A DNA stretch of 64,000 bases from Pristiophorus japonicus (Eukaryota), in NCBI RefSeq assembly GCF_044704955.1, contig NC_091999.1:50096001-50160000 (forward strand), in the 5' to 3' direction. Numbering within the stretch: the first letter of the stretch is position 1; every line of letters begins with the position of its first letter. Below the pieces are notes generated by a model. The model was not told the origin of the DNA. It did no database searches and worked only from the letters and a program-made list of their open reading frames with translations. Below are positions 38,080 through 50,617 of this stretch, one piece after another. Position numbers and translations under genes: made by a program.

Positions 38080-38508
38080 GACTTGCATTTATTTCGCACC
38101 TTTCACCACCACCAGATGCCCCAAAGCATTTTACAGCCAATTAAGTTATTTTTGAAGTGTAGTCACTATCGTAATGTAGGAAACGCAGCAACCAATTTAC
38201 AATGTGATAATGACCAGATAATCTGCTTTACTGATGTTAAGCGAAAATATTGGCCAGGACATCGGGGGTAACTCCCCTGTTCTGCTTGAAATAGTGCAAT
38301 GGGACCTTTTACGTTCACCTGAGGGAGCAGAGGGTGCCTCGGTTTAACATCTTATCCAAAAGACAGCACCTCCGACAGTACAGCAGTCCCTCAGCACTGC
38401 ACTGGAGCATCAGCCGAGATTTTTGTGTTCATGTCTCTGGAGTGCGACGTGAACCCACAACCTTGTGACCCAGAGGCAAGTGTGTTTCCCACTGAGTCAC
38501 AGCTGACA
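38080..38508 (-). mobile_element. tRNA-derived SINE (resembles SacSINE1/Deu-domain SINEs)
   Basis: Minus-strand head with A-box-like TGACTCAGTGG and B-box-like GGGTTCAC; L2-like tail. Family name from recognition only. Confidence 0.7.
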
Positions 38509-38644
38509 CAAATACTGACATAGTTACAGCAGGTTAGCTCAGTTGGAGATGTTAGATGATGCATTTATCAATGCTTAGATATTTTGTCTATTCCTCAAAA
38601 GCAGTAACATTTTGGAATGTCCAGGTCAAGGTTCACAGATTAAC

Positions 38645-40545
38645 AATAAGAAATAGGAGCAGGAGTAGGCCATTTGATCCCTCGAGCCTGCTCTGACATT
38701 CAATAAAATCATGGCTGATCTGACCTTGACCGCAACTCCACTTTTTGCCTGCTCCCCATAACTCTTGACTCCCTTATCATTCAAAAATCTGTCTATCTCC
38801 GCTTTAAATATATTGACTGACTCAGCCTCTACAGCTCTCTGGGGTAGGGAATTCCAAAGATTGATGACCCTCAGAGAAGAAATTCCTCCGCATCTCCGTT
38901 TTAAATGGGCGACCCCTTATTCTGAAACTATGCACCCGAGTTCTAGATTCTCCCACGAGGGGAAACATCCTCTCTGCATCTACCCTGTCAAGCTCCCTCT
39001 GAATCTTACACGTTTCAATAAGTTCACCTCTCATTCTTCGAAACTGCAATGAGTACAGGCCTTACTTGCTCAAGCTTACTTCATAAGACAACCCCTTCAT
39101 CTCAGGAATCAACCTCGTGAACCTTCTCTGAACTGTCTCCAATGCAAGTATAGCCCTCCTTAAATAAGGAGACCAAAACCGTACACAGTACTCCAGGTGT
39201 GGTCTCACGAACGCCCTGTACAGTTGTAGCAAGACTTCTCTACTTTTATACTCCATTCCCCTTCAATAAAGTCCAACATTGCATTTGCCTTCCTGATTCC
39301 TTGCTGTACCTGCATGCTAACTTTTTGTGTTTCATGCACAAGGACCCCCAGATCCCCTCTGTACCGCAGAATTTTGTAGTCTCCATTTAAATAATAATTT
39401 GCTTTTTTATTCTTCCTAGCAAAGTGCATAACCTCACATTTTTCCTCATTATACTCCATCTGCCAAATTTTTACCCACACACAGAGTCTGTCTATAACTC
39501 TTTGCAGATTCTTTGTGTCCTCCTCACAACTTGCTTTCCCACCTATCTTTGTATCAGCAGCATATTTGGCCGCAGTGCACTCCGTCCCTTCATACAAGTC
39601 ATTAATATAGATTGTAAATAATTGCGGCCCCAGCACTGATCCCTGTAGCACCCCACTAGTTACAGTTTGCCAACCTGAAAATGACCCATTTATCCCTACT
39701 CTCTGTTTTCTGTTAGTTAGCCAATCCTACATCTATGCTAATATATTAACCCCAACCCTGTGAGCTCTTATATTGTGCAGTAACCTTTTATCTGGCACCT
39801 TATCGAATGCCTTCTGGAAATCCAAACACACAACTGCTACTGGTTCCTCTTCTTCCATCCTGCTCGTTACATCCTCAACGAACTCGAGCAAGTTTGTCAA
39901 ATGTGATTTCCCTTTCATAAAACCATGCCGTCTCTGCTTGACTATAACGATTTTCTAAATGTCCTGCAACTATTTCTTTAATAATGGACTCCAGCATTTT
40001 CCCAATGATAGATGTTCGGCTAACTGCTCTATAGTTTCCTGCTTTCTCTCTCCCTCCCTCCCTTGTTGAATAGGGGTGTTGCATTTGAGGTTTTCCAATC
40101 CACTGGGACCTTGCCAGAATCCAGGGAATTTTGGTAGATTACAACCAATCCATCCACTTTCTCTGCAACCACTTCTTTTAAGACCCCAGGATGCAGGCCA
40201 TCAGGTCCAGGGGACGTCCACCTTTAGTCCCAATAGTTTGTCTAGTACTTTTTCTCTCGTGATAGTGATTGTTTTAAGTTCCTCGCTCCCTGTGACCCCT
40301 TGATTATCTATTATTATTGGGATTCTTTTAGTGTCTTCCACCGTGAAGACCATACAAAATATTTGTTTAAAGTCTCTGCCATTTCCCTGTTTCTCATTAT
40401 TAATTCCCCGTCTCATCCTCTAAGGGACCAACGTTTATTTTAGCAATCTCTTCCTTTTTATATATCTGTAGAAGCTCTGACTGCATTTATATTTCTTGCC
40501 AGTTTACTCTCAGTCTACCTTCTCCCTCTTTATTATTTTTATTAA
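38645..40545 (-). mobile_element. CR1 LINE, 5'-truncated, with an unoccupied Tx1 target site
   Basis: RT motifs including DLGVLVHETQKV; target motif at 39329-39344. Confidence 0.9.
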
Positions 40546-41021
40546 GTCAATACTTAAAACCACACAGCAGAAGGAAAGAATGTTCCATAGAAGCTAGAAT
40601 TGTCTCTTCTGAATTTCGAACCTGTACTTACAGTGATGACTTTTGTAAACTCCTTTTGCAGAGTGTTAGAAGGGGAGGATTTGAAGGAGGGAAACTCAAA
40701 CTAAACATCACGTCAAGATCTGATAGAGTCACTCGATTCATCAGGACTTGAATATCATCAGCCTTTGAATGTGGAAGGAGAAATGTTTGTTTATTCTGTC
40801 GAAGGGGAAAGATTACAGACATCAGTGTGACTGAAAAAGCAGAGACACACACACCCGAGTGAGAGTGTTTCAGTGCACTGATTGTGGAAAGAGCTTTAAC
40901 CAGTTACACAGCCTGAAAAACCCTCGAACCATTCACAGCGGGGAGAAACTGTAAACGTGTTGTGTGTGGAGGAGGCTTCAACTGATCATCCAACCTGGAG
41001 AGACGGAAGCACACCCGTACC

Positions 41022-41705
41022 ACGGAGAAACCGTGGAAATGTGGGGACTGTGGGAAGGGATTCAGCTACCTGTCTGAGCTGCAAATTCATCAACACATTC
41101 ACACTGGGGAGAGGCCGTTCACCTGCCCCGTGTGTGCGAAGCGATTCATTCAGTCATCCAGCCTGGTGAAACACCAGCTTGTTCACATTGGGGAGAGCCC
41201 GTTCACCTGCCCCATGTGTGGGAAGCGATTCATTCAGTCATCCTACCTGCTGAAACACCAGCGAGTTCACACCGGGGAGAAGCCATTCACCTGCTCAGAG
41301 TGTGGGAAGCAATTCACTCAGTCATCCAGCCTGGTAAAACACCAGCTTGTTCACACTGGAGAGAGGCCATTCACCTGCTCTGAATGTGGGAAGGGATTCA
41401 CGTGGCCATCCGACCTGCTGGCACACCAGCGAGTTCACACTGGGGAGAGGCTGTACACCTGCTCGGAGTGTGGGAAGGGATTCATTGTGTCATCCCGCCT
41501 GCTAACACACCAGCGAGTTCACATTGGGGAGATGCCGTTCATATGTTCTGACTGTGGGAAGGGATTCACTGTGTCATCCAGCCTGCTGAGGCACAAGCGA
41601 GTTCACACTGGGGAGAGGCCGTTCACCTGCTCTGAGTGTGGTGAGGGATTTACTCGGTCATCCCACCTGCTGAGACACCAGCAAGTTCAGAAGTGCTGCT
41701 GTTAA
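41022..41705 (+). CDS. C2H2 zinc-finger protein, 7 intact fingers and 1 degenerate; start uncertain
   Basis: Open frame 40986-41705 with HTGE(R/K)PF linkers; acceptor TTTTGCAG ends at 40661. The expected start reads ACG at 41022; the first in-frame ATG is at 41214. Confidence 0.7.
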   Translation, partial: TEKPWKCGDCGKGFSYLSELQIHQHIHTGERPFTCPVCAKRFIQSSSLVKHQLVHIGESPFTCPMCGKRFIQSSYLLKHQRVHTGEKPFTCSECGKQFTQSSSLVKHQLVHTGERPFTCSECGKGFTWPSDLLAHQRVHTGERLYTCSECGKGFIVSSRLLTHQRVHIGEMPFICSDCGKGFTVSSSLLRHKRVHTGERPFTCSECGEGFTRSSHLLRHQQVQKCCC

Positions 41706-42949
41706 TCACATCCCGACTGAAACGTGTCCATTCCGACAGCTGAAGTTTGTTTCTGATGATAATAGCCCCTATAACTGGGCTGGAATATAATATTTTGATG
41801 TTTCAATAACAGAGTGTGTCGACATTTAATGTTCCAAGATAAGGGGAGACTAATTGATGTCCTGTTACTGACTGCACCATTTTGGGGCCTTTTCTCCTTT
41901 CTAACTCTGGATTATTTCAGTTCTCATACCTTTGGTTACTCTCGTGGACGAGTTCAAGTTCCCCATATCTTCCAGAGTGCCTCTCCTAGCCTTGGTATTG
42001 TGGGAAGGTGTCGGTAACATGCACGGGATCACTGAACACAAAACCCAGTCTGTGAATCACTTTCAGATACAGGACTTAGTGTGCCCCACAGCATCTCTCT
42101 CACCTTCGATGTGTGAATGGAGCATCACACCTGCAAATCTGGGTTCAATTTAAATTTGAATCCACTCAGGAAATGTATTTAAGAAAATACAGGTCACATC
42201 AAATAATTGGCAACGGTTTAGAGTCAACAAGATGAACAAGTAAATACATCCCAGCCCAATATTCCAGCTCTACATTCACAGGAGAAAGTCTATTGTCAAA
42301 CTCCTCGAGTAGACAGAATAGAGAACAATGCTAACTCTAAGAATATCTAGCATCTGTTGTAAATATCTTTCAAATCCCGACTGATGCAATCTGGTGTTTT
42401 CCTTTCAATTGAAGTGAATGGAATATGAGAGAGGTGTTGGCACAGGGAACTCGGTTAATTCAGCTTCTGAAAGGTGTTCATGTTTAGTTCATTCCATATC
42501 GGGGAAAATGTGGTTGTTATCATTAGAGAGAGATTTCACTGAGCAACAGTTGGTGTTTGCAACCAACTGGCCATGGATATTTTCATCATAGAATGTTTAG
42601 ATTAGAAATATTATGTTAGAATAAGAAAAGTTCAGAGACTAGTGGTTTGTGCTTGCCACAGGAAGACCAGTGTTTTACGTGCTTCTAACATTGTTGATGT
42701 ATGTTGAAGAAAATGCAGACTTGTGTCTCTGGACTATGCCATCGCCAAAGACTACCATATCAGGCAATGCCAGTTCCAGTTGGATAAGATGTTGATGGCA
42801 TAGCAAAAGATCCAGCAGTTAAAACAAAATTATCTCCAGTTATCTGCAGACATCGAATGTCGCAGCATGCTGACAAAGTTGGACTTAAGAATTTAAAGTA
42901 TTGAGTTAAATTATTGGGATCGATTGTTTTAGAATTGAATTGTTATCGA

Positions 42950-43530
42950 ACGGAAAAGTGGTGAAGTTATGCTAAACTTGTATCGAACCTTGGTTAGACT
43001 TTGTGTGTGCAATTCTGGTCACCATAATATAAAAAGGATATGGAGGCACTGGAGAGGGTGCAGAGAAGGTTTACAAGGATGATACCAGAAAGGCGATCGT
43101 ATACCTATCGGGAAAGGATGGGCAGGCCGGGTCTCTTTTCTCTTGAAAAAAGAAGGCTGAGGGGTGACATAATGTCTCTAAAATGATGAAAGGTTTTGAT
43201 TGAGTAGACACAGTGTTTCCACTTGTGGGGACCAGCATAATTAGAGGCCATCAACATAAAAATCACCAAGAAATCAAATAGGGAATTCAGAAGAAACCTC
43301 TACCCAGAGAGTGGTGAGAATGTGCAACTCGCTGCCACAGGGAGTGGTTGAAGCGAATAGTATCAATGCATTTAAGGGGAGGCTAGACAAGTATATGAGG
43401 GAGAAGGGAATCGAGGGTTATGTGGATATAGTTAGATGAGGCAAGAAGGGAGGAGGCTCGAGTGGAGCATAAACGCTGGCATGGACTGGTTGGGCCGAAT
43501 GGCCTGTTTCTGTGCCATATATCCGATGTA
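42950..43530 (+). mobile_element. CR1 3' fragment inside the LTR element
   Basis: LERVQRRFTRMIP-like coding sequence followed by a CR1 3'UTR. Confidence 0.8.
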
Positions 43531-43660
43531 ATCCTATTGTCCAGGACACCCTGCTCCAAGGGGAAGATAAATGACTTGCATCCAAACGCAATTGTTACTT
43601 TTGTCTTCTTTGTAAAATGACAAAGTCTGGGCATAATTTGTTTGTGAAATTAAAACTGAT

Positions 43661-43685
43661 TATATATATATATATATATATATAT
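43661..43685. repeat. (TA)n microsatellite
   Basis: About 12 TA units. Confidence 0.9.
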
Positions 43686-45319
43686 TGCAAAGCGTCGCTG
43701 GTCAAACACATGGGAAGGAAAATTTAGCTGAAAATTGAGATAATTAAGTTTTATTTTTGAAAAAGTCCCGTCTCTGTGGTTCTGTCCAAACTATGTATTC
43801 AGAAATAAGTTTTGGGGGCGACTGTTATGCTAAAGGTAACTAACATCCTTCCTCTTGGAGACTGAATTGCTCTCTGGCATATTTTGGAGAATAAAAGGTT
43901 CAAGAAGTGGTTCGGTTAAATAAAATTAAACAAAGAAACTGGTTCAAAACTTGGACCAAGTGGGAATGTTTGATCGATGTTTAAAGACAGTATGATAATA
44001 TTGTATCAGACAGTAAAGTTCCTGCAGGCTCAGGAATGAAATGGTGAACACTGTATAAATGTAATGAGAGGAAATGAGTGAGGATATAAGAGGAAAACAG
44101 GAAAGTTACACCTCCAAATAGAAATGTTTCTTAACTCATTGTTTCTGGGTGAATTGTCATAAATCACCTGGGTACAATCGGTGTTAATGTAAATTCTTGT
44201 TAAAGTCAGGGATGTGTAGGAAATTGCTAAGATTTCTCTCTCAGATGTTTGTGTCATTGCCTACACTGAACAATAAGAAAACTGAATTTGATCACCTGGC
44301 CACTACCCGAGACATCGGGACCGTGCAGAGGGAGATGAGCAAAGATCTTCAGACACCCCACGATCTTTTGATAAGATCACCTCAAATGGCTTGGATCAGA
44401 TGTCCCATGTGGCATGATATTGGGATACCGCTGCGTGTGTGTGCGAACGATTCTCAGGCATGCTCAGTTATCGACAACAGCACAACATGAAATGGCTAAT
44501 GTGGCTCAGGAGAGTGAGAGAACTTTTTAAACCATCAAGGCCATGACACATTCTCCATAGAGAAACCGACTTTGAAATAATCCGGATAGAGTTAAACACA
44601 CTGCTACCTGTCAGAGGCATTAGAATTAACAGTGGCGAGAATGCTGACCAAATTAGGATTTCCTTACAGCGAGAATGGTCGTCAGTTTCAAGGCCTCCAC
44701 TAAGTATTGAACAAAGAAAGCTTGTAGAGAGGCTAAAAACAAAACAATCAGCCTGTCTCTGTCTGGACAAGGTGGTCATGGCTGTGTACAGATCAGCTAC
44801 AAGCTGAAGGTGGGAGATAAGGAGGCCAGACCTGATAGGCTCCATAACAAAACATGGATCCAAGTGAGATGCGATCTCCAGGAGGAAGCAGAGGACCTCA
44901 AAAGGGTTTGTTTTGGAGTCCTTGATAAACCGAGAAGAGACCCTCAAAAGCATAATTTTAGTGGTAATAGAGAAAGAACCCTAAAGCCTGCTCCTGGGGA
45001 AGATTGGGAGACCAGGAAGACTCCCCTGAACCAGGTGGGTTGGGACACATCCTGACCCCAATCACTAAATTAATAGTGTTCACTTTAAGAGTTAGTATCA
45101 CACCAGGACAATAATTAATTCAAGACCATTATTAAATACTTCAATACAAACTGAAAATGTAATGACAGCAGGTTATTTTAAAGTAAGACATGTCGTATGT
45201 TGATCAGTAATGTTAACTTTTGGTTTGCCAAGTACAAACGCTGATAGTGATCATATCTGCGACTAAAATAAAATGACATCCCACCGCACAAAAAGAACTC
45301 GACCTGTCCGATCCAGTAA

Positions 45320-46683
45320 AAGAACCCACATTTTAATGGACTAGAAGTAACTGAATCAGGAAATGTATTATATGACAATGTGTGTTTTTAAATTGTTAAT
45401 TGAAATCAAAAGTTTTAAACATGAGCTTGAATCTATCAACTAGATTTTGTGAAGGGAGATATTCACAATTAATAGATAAAATGGGAAGAGAATTAGTAAA
45501 GGACGTGTTGGTAAAGAATAGAAAACAGGAACCAGGGAATGAGGAAGATGGGGAATACAAGGAGCATCAGTTTAAATCGCAAGGAAAGTGAAAGCTGACA
45601 GGATAGCTCAGAATAGGAGCCACAGCAAGGTTAGCAGGAGTAAACAGAACAGATATAGAAAGTGAATGGGAACACGATGTGGCTCTCTGGTGGTATTGTG
45701 TGTAGCCTCTGTGACATTTATGATGAATGTGGTACAGAAGGGACTGGACAAGAGAGAGAGTAATCAAATCTCTTTGTTTATTCATGAAGAACAACTGAGA
45801 AAATGGTTTAGGGGAATCAAGTCATCGGCTTTGATGTGATGCAGCCAATAGGAATGGGGATTTTGACCCCGAGGGAAGGAGGAAGAAGTGAAGATATTAG
45901 ACCAGTGGGATTGATTTTGCCTTTGCTAAGGAAAAATGGAAATGAAACGAAACCTTGGACGGTGTATAGGGTAGAATCGTTTGCAAGGGTGGAAGACTGA
46001 GTTAGGTCCGATGCATAAACAGTATGAGGAATATCCAAGATATCTGATTAAGAAGGGAGGAACTTGAATAGCACCAGATATGCAGTGTTGTACTCTGAAA
46101 GGGACAACATGGGTTTGTAGATGTTCCAGCTTGTGTGTTCACCCTCGACAAAGAATCTCCAGAATGCCAGATTGAAATAAGTAAATGGGGCGAAGGCCAA
46201 ACTAATACCGTGTATAAAGGAAAAGGACAGTATTGTGTGACTACTACTATCACGTATATGACTGTGGGTTCAACCCGATGCCCCATACTAGAACATCACT
46301 TTAGCTCGATTCCACCGATGAACACATGTATCGGTGCTAAACATTGGTTCTGGTACATCACCATAACGCAACTTAACTGCAGATGAGACTGCCTCTGGAG
46401 GATGATTTTGTCGAGTCATTCCACACACAGGACACTATATTCTCCCTGTATCTTACTTTGAAGCTCATAATTCTGCGAATTAGGTCATCCCAGAAACACA
46501 CAGTACAAATCATATAGAGGAAGAGAGAGACAGAACGGGCAATCCCGAGACTTGCGAATCAGGAATGGTGGAAAGTAGTATCGAGTTAGATTGTTCCAGC
46601 TGGGATTGGTGATAGCACGGGTAATAGCTTCAGGGATTCTGGTCATTGCATTATGCTGTAAGGACGTCAATAATGGACATTGA
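45320..46683 (+). pseudogene. Env-like membrane glycoprotein remnant
   Basis: Manual translation across stops and shifts gives GLEVTESGNVLYDN, GK*KLTG*LRIGATARLAGVNRTDIE, GLILPLL..WTVYRVES, a Cys-rich block at 46135-46386, then EWWK and hydrophobic LFQLGLVIARVIASGILVIALCC. Confidence 0.5.
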
Positions 46684-47304
46684 AAATATAAGGAAAGGGA
46701 AGGATGCTGAGAGGAAACCAGGATTAGTAAAGACAAAGAAGGATATAAAACACTTTGACAACAGGTAATGTAAACCATAAAAAAACCTGTTGGACAGGTT
46801 GACATGTGGACCCTGCTTAATTCAGCTTCTGAAAGGGGTTTATGTTTCATTCATTCGATAGAGGGAAAAATGTGGTTCGTATTATTAGGGAGAGAGAGAG
46901 AGACAGATTTCACTTAGCAACAGCTGGTGTTTGCGACCAACCAGGCTTCGATATTCATAATAGAATGTATAGAAATATTGTTAGGATAAGAAAGTTCAGA
47001 GCTCATGGTTTATGATCACCGTAGCCAGGCCGCAATGCTTCTAAATGTGTTGCTGATGTAAACTTGTGTCTCTGGACCATGCAGTAGCCAGAGACTACCA
47101 TATTTGGCAATGCCGGCTCCAGTTTGATAAGAAAACAGTCTATAAATGTAAGCTTATTCCTTTGTTCGTTAGCGTGGAGATACCCGTGCCTGGTTACACG
47201 TGCTCCATCTGTGACTATACTCCACTTGTAAATTGATTATAAACAGAAGACTGAATTCATTACTACTCAAGTGAACAAACAGAAGTTTGTTTTAAATCAA
47301 CACT

Positions 47305-48298
47305 TGGTTCTTTTCTTTTTAACACTTGTTTCCTCTGTTTTACAGATTCGCTTTCTAAATTCATGCTATCCAGTTTCTGCTTCACTTCCTTCCCTATTGA
47401 ATGTGTTCTCAGGTCCCCATCCCCCTGCCAAACTAGTTTAAACTCTCCCCAACAGCACTAGCAAAGCTTCCCGCGAGGATATTGGTCCCGACACTGTTGA
47501 GGTGCAACCCGTCCGGTTTGTACAAGTCCCATCTCCCCCAGAAGTGGTCCCAATCCCTCAAGAATTTAAAGCCCTCCCTCCTACACCAACTCTCCAGCCA
47601 CGCGTTCATTCCCTCTCTCCTATTCTTGTACTCATTAGCACGTGGCACTGGGAGTAATCCGGAGATTACTACCTTTGAGGTCTTACTCTTAATTTTCTTC
47701 CTAGCTCCCTATATTCTGTCTGTAGAACCTCATCCCTGTTTCTACCTATGGTGCTGGTCCTGATGTGGACCATGGCCTCGAGCTGTTTACCCTCTTTCCC
47801 TCCCCCAGAATTCCCTGCGTCTGCTCTGTCACATCCCTGACCCTGGCACCACGGAGACACCAAACCATTCTGGAGTCACGTCTGCGGCCGCAGAAACGCC
47901 TCTCTGCTCCCCTAACTATAGAATCCCCAATCACTACAGCTATTTTATTCTTCATCCTTCTCCCCTGTGCAGCTGAGCCACACGTGGTGCCTTGGAATTG
48001 GCTCTGGCACTCCCCAGAGGCACCATCGCCCTCACTGATGCTCAGATGTGAATATCGGTTAGAAAGTGAGATGGACTCATGGGGAACTCCTGCACGACCT
48101 GCCGAGCGTTCTTACTCTGTCTGGTGGTCACCCACTTCCCCTCTGCCTGCACGCTTTTAAGCTGTGGGGTGACCACCTCCTGAAAGGTGCTATCCACGTC
48201 GCTCTCAGCCTCGCGGATGCACCGTATTGACTCCAGCCGCCGCTCAAGCTCCGAAAAGTGGAGCTCGAGTAGTTGAAGCTGGAGACTCCTCCTGCACA
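47305..48298 (-). mobile_element. CR1 ORF1 fragment (coiled coil and SGNH-type esterase)
   Basis: LERRLESI, VVIGDSIVRG and KPDGLHLN motifs. Confidence 0.85.
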
Positions 48299-49162
48299 GC
48301 CACTGACACCAATCCCCTACTGTCTGATATAAACCCACCCCACAGCCACTGGCACCAATCCCCTCCTGTCTGATATAAACCCACCCCAGAGTCACTGACA
48401 CCAATCCCCTCCTGTCTGATATAAACCCACCCCACAGTCACTGACACCAATCCCCTCCTGTCTGATATAAACCCACCCCAGAGTCACTGACACCAATCCC
48501 CTCCTGTCTGATATAAACCCATCCCACAGTCACTGACACGAATCCCTTCCTGTCTGACATAAACCCACCCGACAGTCACTGACACCAATCTCCTCCTGTC
48601 TGATATAAACCCACCCCACAGTCACTGACACCAATCTCCTCCTGTCTGATATAAACAAACCCCAGTCACTGGCACCAATCCCCCCCTGTATGATATAAAC
48701 CCACCCCACAGTCACTGACACCAATCTCCTTCTGTCTGATATAAACCGACCCCACAATCACTGGCACCAATCTCCTCCTGTCTGATATAAACCCACCCCA
48801 AAGTCACTGATCCCAATCCCCTCCTGTCTAATATAAACCCATCCAACAGTCACTGACACCAATCCCCTCCTGTCTGACATAAACCCACCCCACAGTCACT
48901 GACACCAATCTCCTCCTGTCTGATATAAACCCACCCCACAGTCACTGACACCAATCTCCTCCTGTCTGATATAAACCCACCCCACAGTCACTGACACCAA
49001 TCTCCTCCTGTCTGATATAAAGCCACCCCACAGTCACTGACACCAATCCGCTCCTGTCTGATATAAAGCCACCCCACATTCACTGACACCAATCCCCTAC
49101 TGTCTGATATAAAGCCACCCCACAGTCACTGACACCAATCCTCTCCTGTCTGATATAAACCA
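48296..49162. repeat. 46 bp minisatellite, ~19 units (continues at 50546-50617)
   Basis: Unit CAGTCACTGACACCAATCCCCTCCTGTCTGATATAAACCCACCCCA. Confidence 0.93.
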
Positions 49163-49164
49163 AC

Positions 49165-50545
49165 CATCATCATAGGCAGTCCCTTGAAGTCGAGGATGAC
49201 TTGCTTCCACATTACAAATGAGGTCTCAGATGTCTGTTAAGTCCAATGCGGGAGCTACAGTCTCTGTCGCAGGTTGGACAGACGGTGGTTGAAAGTACGT
49301 TGGTTGAAGTGCCGGTTTGTTGAAGTGCTTGGGTTGTCGTGTGCTCCTCCCACCGTCAGCACTTGGTCTCCCCTTGCTCCAGGTGGAGAGACTAGAAGTG
49401 TTCGACGCCCTCACGGATTATTCTCTTCCACTCTGAGCGATCTTGTGCCAGGGATTCTCAGGTGTCGGTGGGGATGTTGAACTTCAAGGAGGCCTTGAGG
49501 GTGTCCTTGAAGCGTTTCCTCTGCCCCCCGGGGCTCGCTTGCCATGTTGAAGCTCCAATAGAGTGCTTGCTTTGGGAGTCTCCTATCGGGCATGTGGACT
49601 GATCGAGCGAGGTCAATGCTTCAATGCTGAGGATGTTGGTCTGTGAGCGAACAGATGTTGGTGCGTCTATCCTGCCATTGGATTTGTGGGATCTACCGGA
49701 TATTCTGGAGGCAGTGTTGATGGTATTTCTCCAGTGCTTTGATGTGCCTGCTGTACATAGTCCATTTCTGGGAAGCGTGTCTGAGGGCAGGTATCACTAC
49801 TGCTCGGTAGACCATGAGCTTTGTGCCGGTTTTACGGTTCTGGTCTTCAAACACTGTATGCCTTAGGCGACCAAAGGCTGCGCTGGCACACAGAAGGTGG
49901 TGTTGGACCTAGTCATTGAGATGTGCCCTTGTTGACAGTAGGCTCCCGAGGTATGAAAAATGGACGACGTTGTCCAAGGCCTCATCGTGGATTTTGATCA
50001 TCCGGGGTTTGGTGGGAGTGAAGGGCAGTGCTCTGTGGTGGGGATAGGTTGCTAGAGCACTTTTCTTGTAGGAAATGTTTAGTGTAAGGCCTATGCTCTT
50101 GGCCACTACGGTGAATGTGTTGACGATGGTTTAGAGCTCGTCCTCTGAGTGAGCGCAGACACAAGCATCATCTGCATATTGTAATTCGATGACAGAGGAT
50201 GGCATGACCTTGGATCTGGTCTCAAGACGATGGAGGTTGAGCAGTTTCCCATTTATTCTGTAGATTATCTCCACTCAAGCAGGAAGCTTACTGACGGTGA
50301 GATGTAGCAATGCAGCAAGGAAGATGGAGAAGAGCGTGGGTGCAGTGACACAGCCTTGCTTCACCTCGGTCCGTACATGAATTGGGTCTGTGGTGGATCC
50401 ATTGCTCAGGATCACAGCTTGCATGTTATCACCAAGCAAGTGGAGGATGGTGACAAATTTTTGAGGACAGACGAATTTGAAGAGTACACCCCATAATCCC
50501 TCACGGTTGACAGTGTCAAAGGCCTTGGTCAGGTCAAAGAAGGCT
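49165..50545 (-). mobile_element. RTE-clade LINE, 5'-truncated, inserted in the 46 bp minisatellite
   Basis: AFFDLTKAFDTVNREGLW, VKQGCVTAPTLFSIF, LQYADD and RLPKQALY motifs; short (ATG)n tail. Confidence 0.85.
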
Positions 50546-50617
50546 GACCCAACCCCACAGTCACTGACACCAATCTCCTCCCATGTGATATAAACCAACC
50601 CTTGTCACTGACACCAA

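Larger units (their letters stand above)
42435..47302 (+). mobile_element. Decayed LTR element with env-like and possible gag-like remnants, no visible pol
   Basis: Direct repeats 42435-42790 and 46788-47131. The right repeat extends to 47302 with TGTTG...CAACA ends and TATAAAT. No PBS, PPT or TSD found. Confidence 0.65.

Noticed and set aside
38430-38508. tRNA gene
   Set aside because: It has A- and B-box-like motifs but is degenerate and continuous with a SINE body.
48296-49162. CRISPR-like appearance of the tandem arrays
   Set aside because: No unique spacers, no cas genes, vertebrate context.
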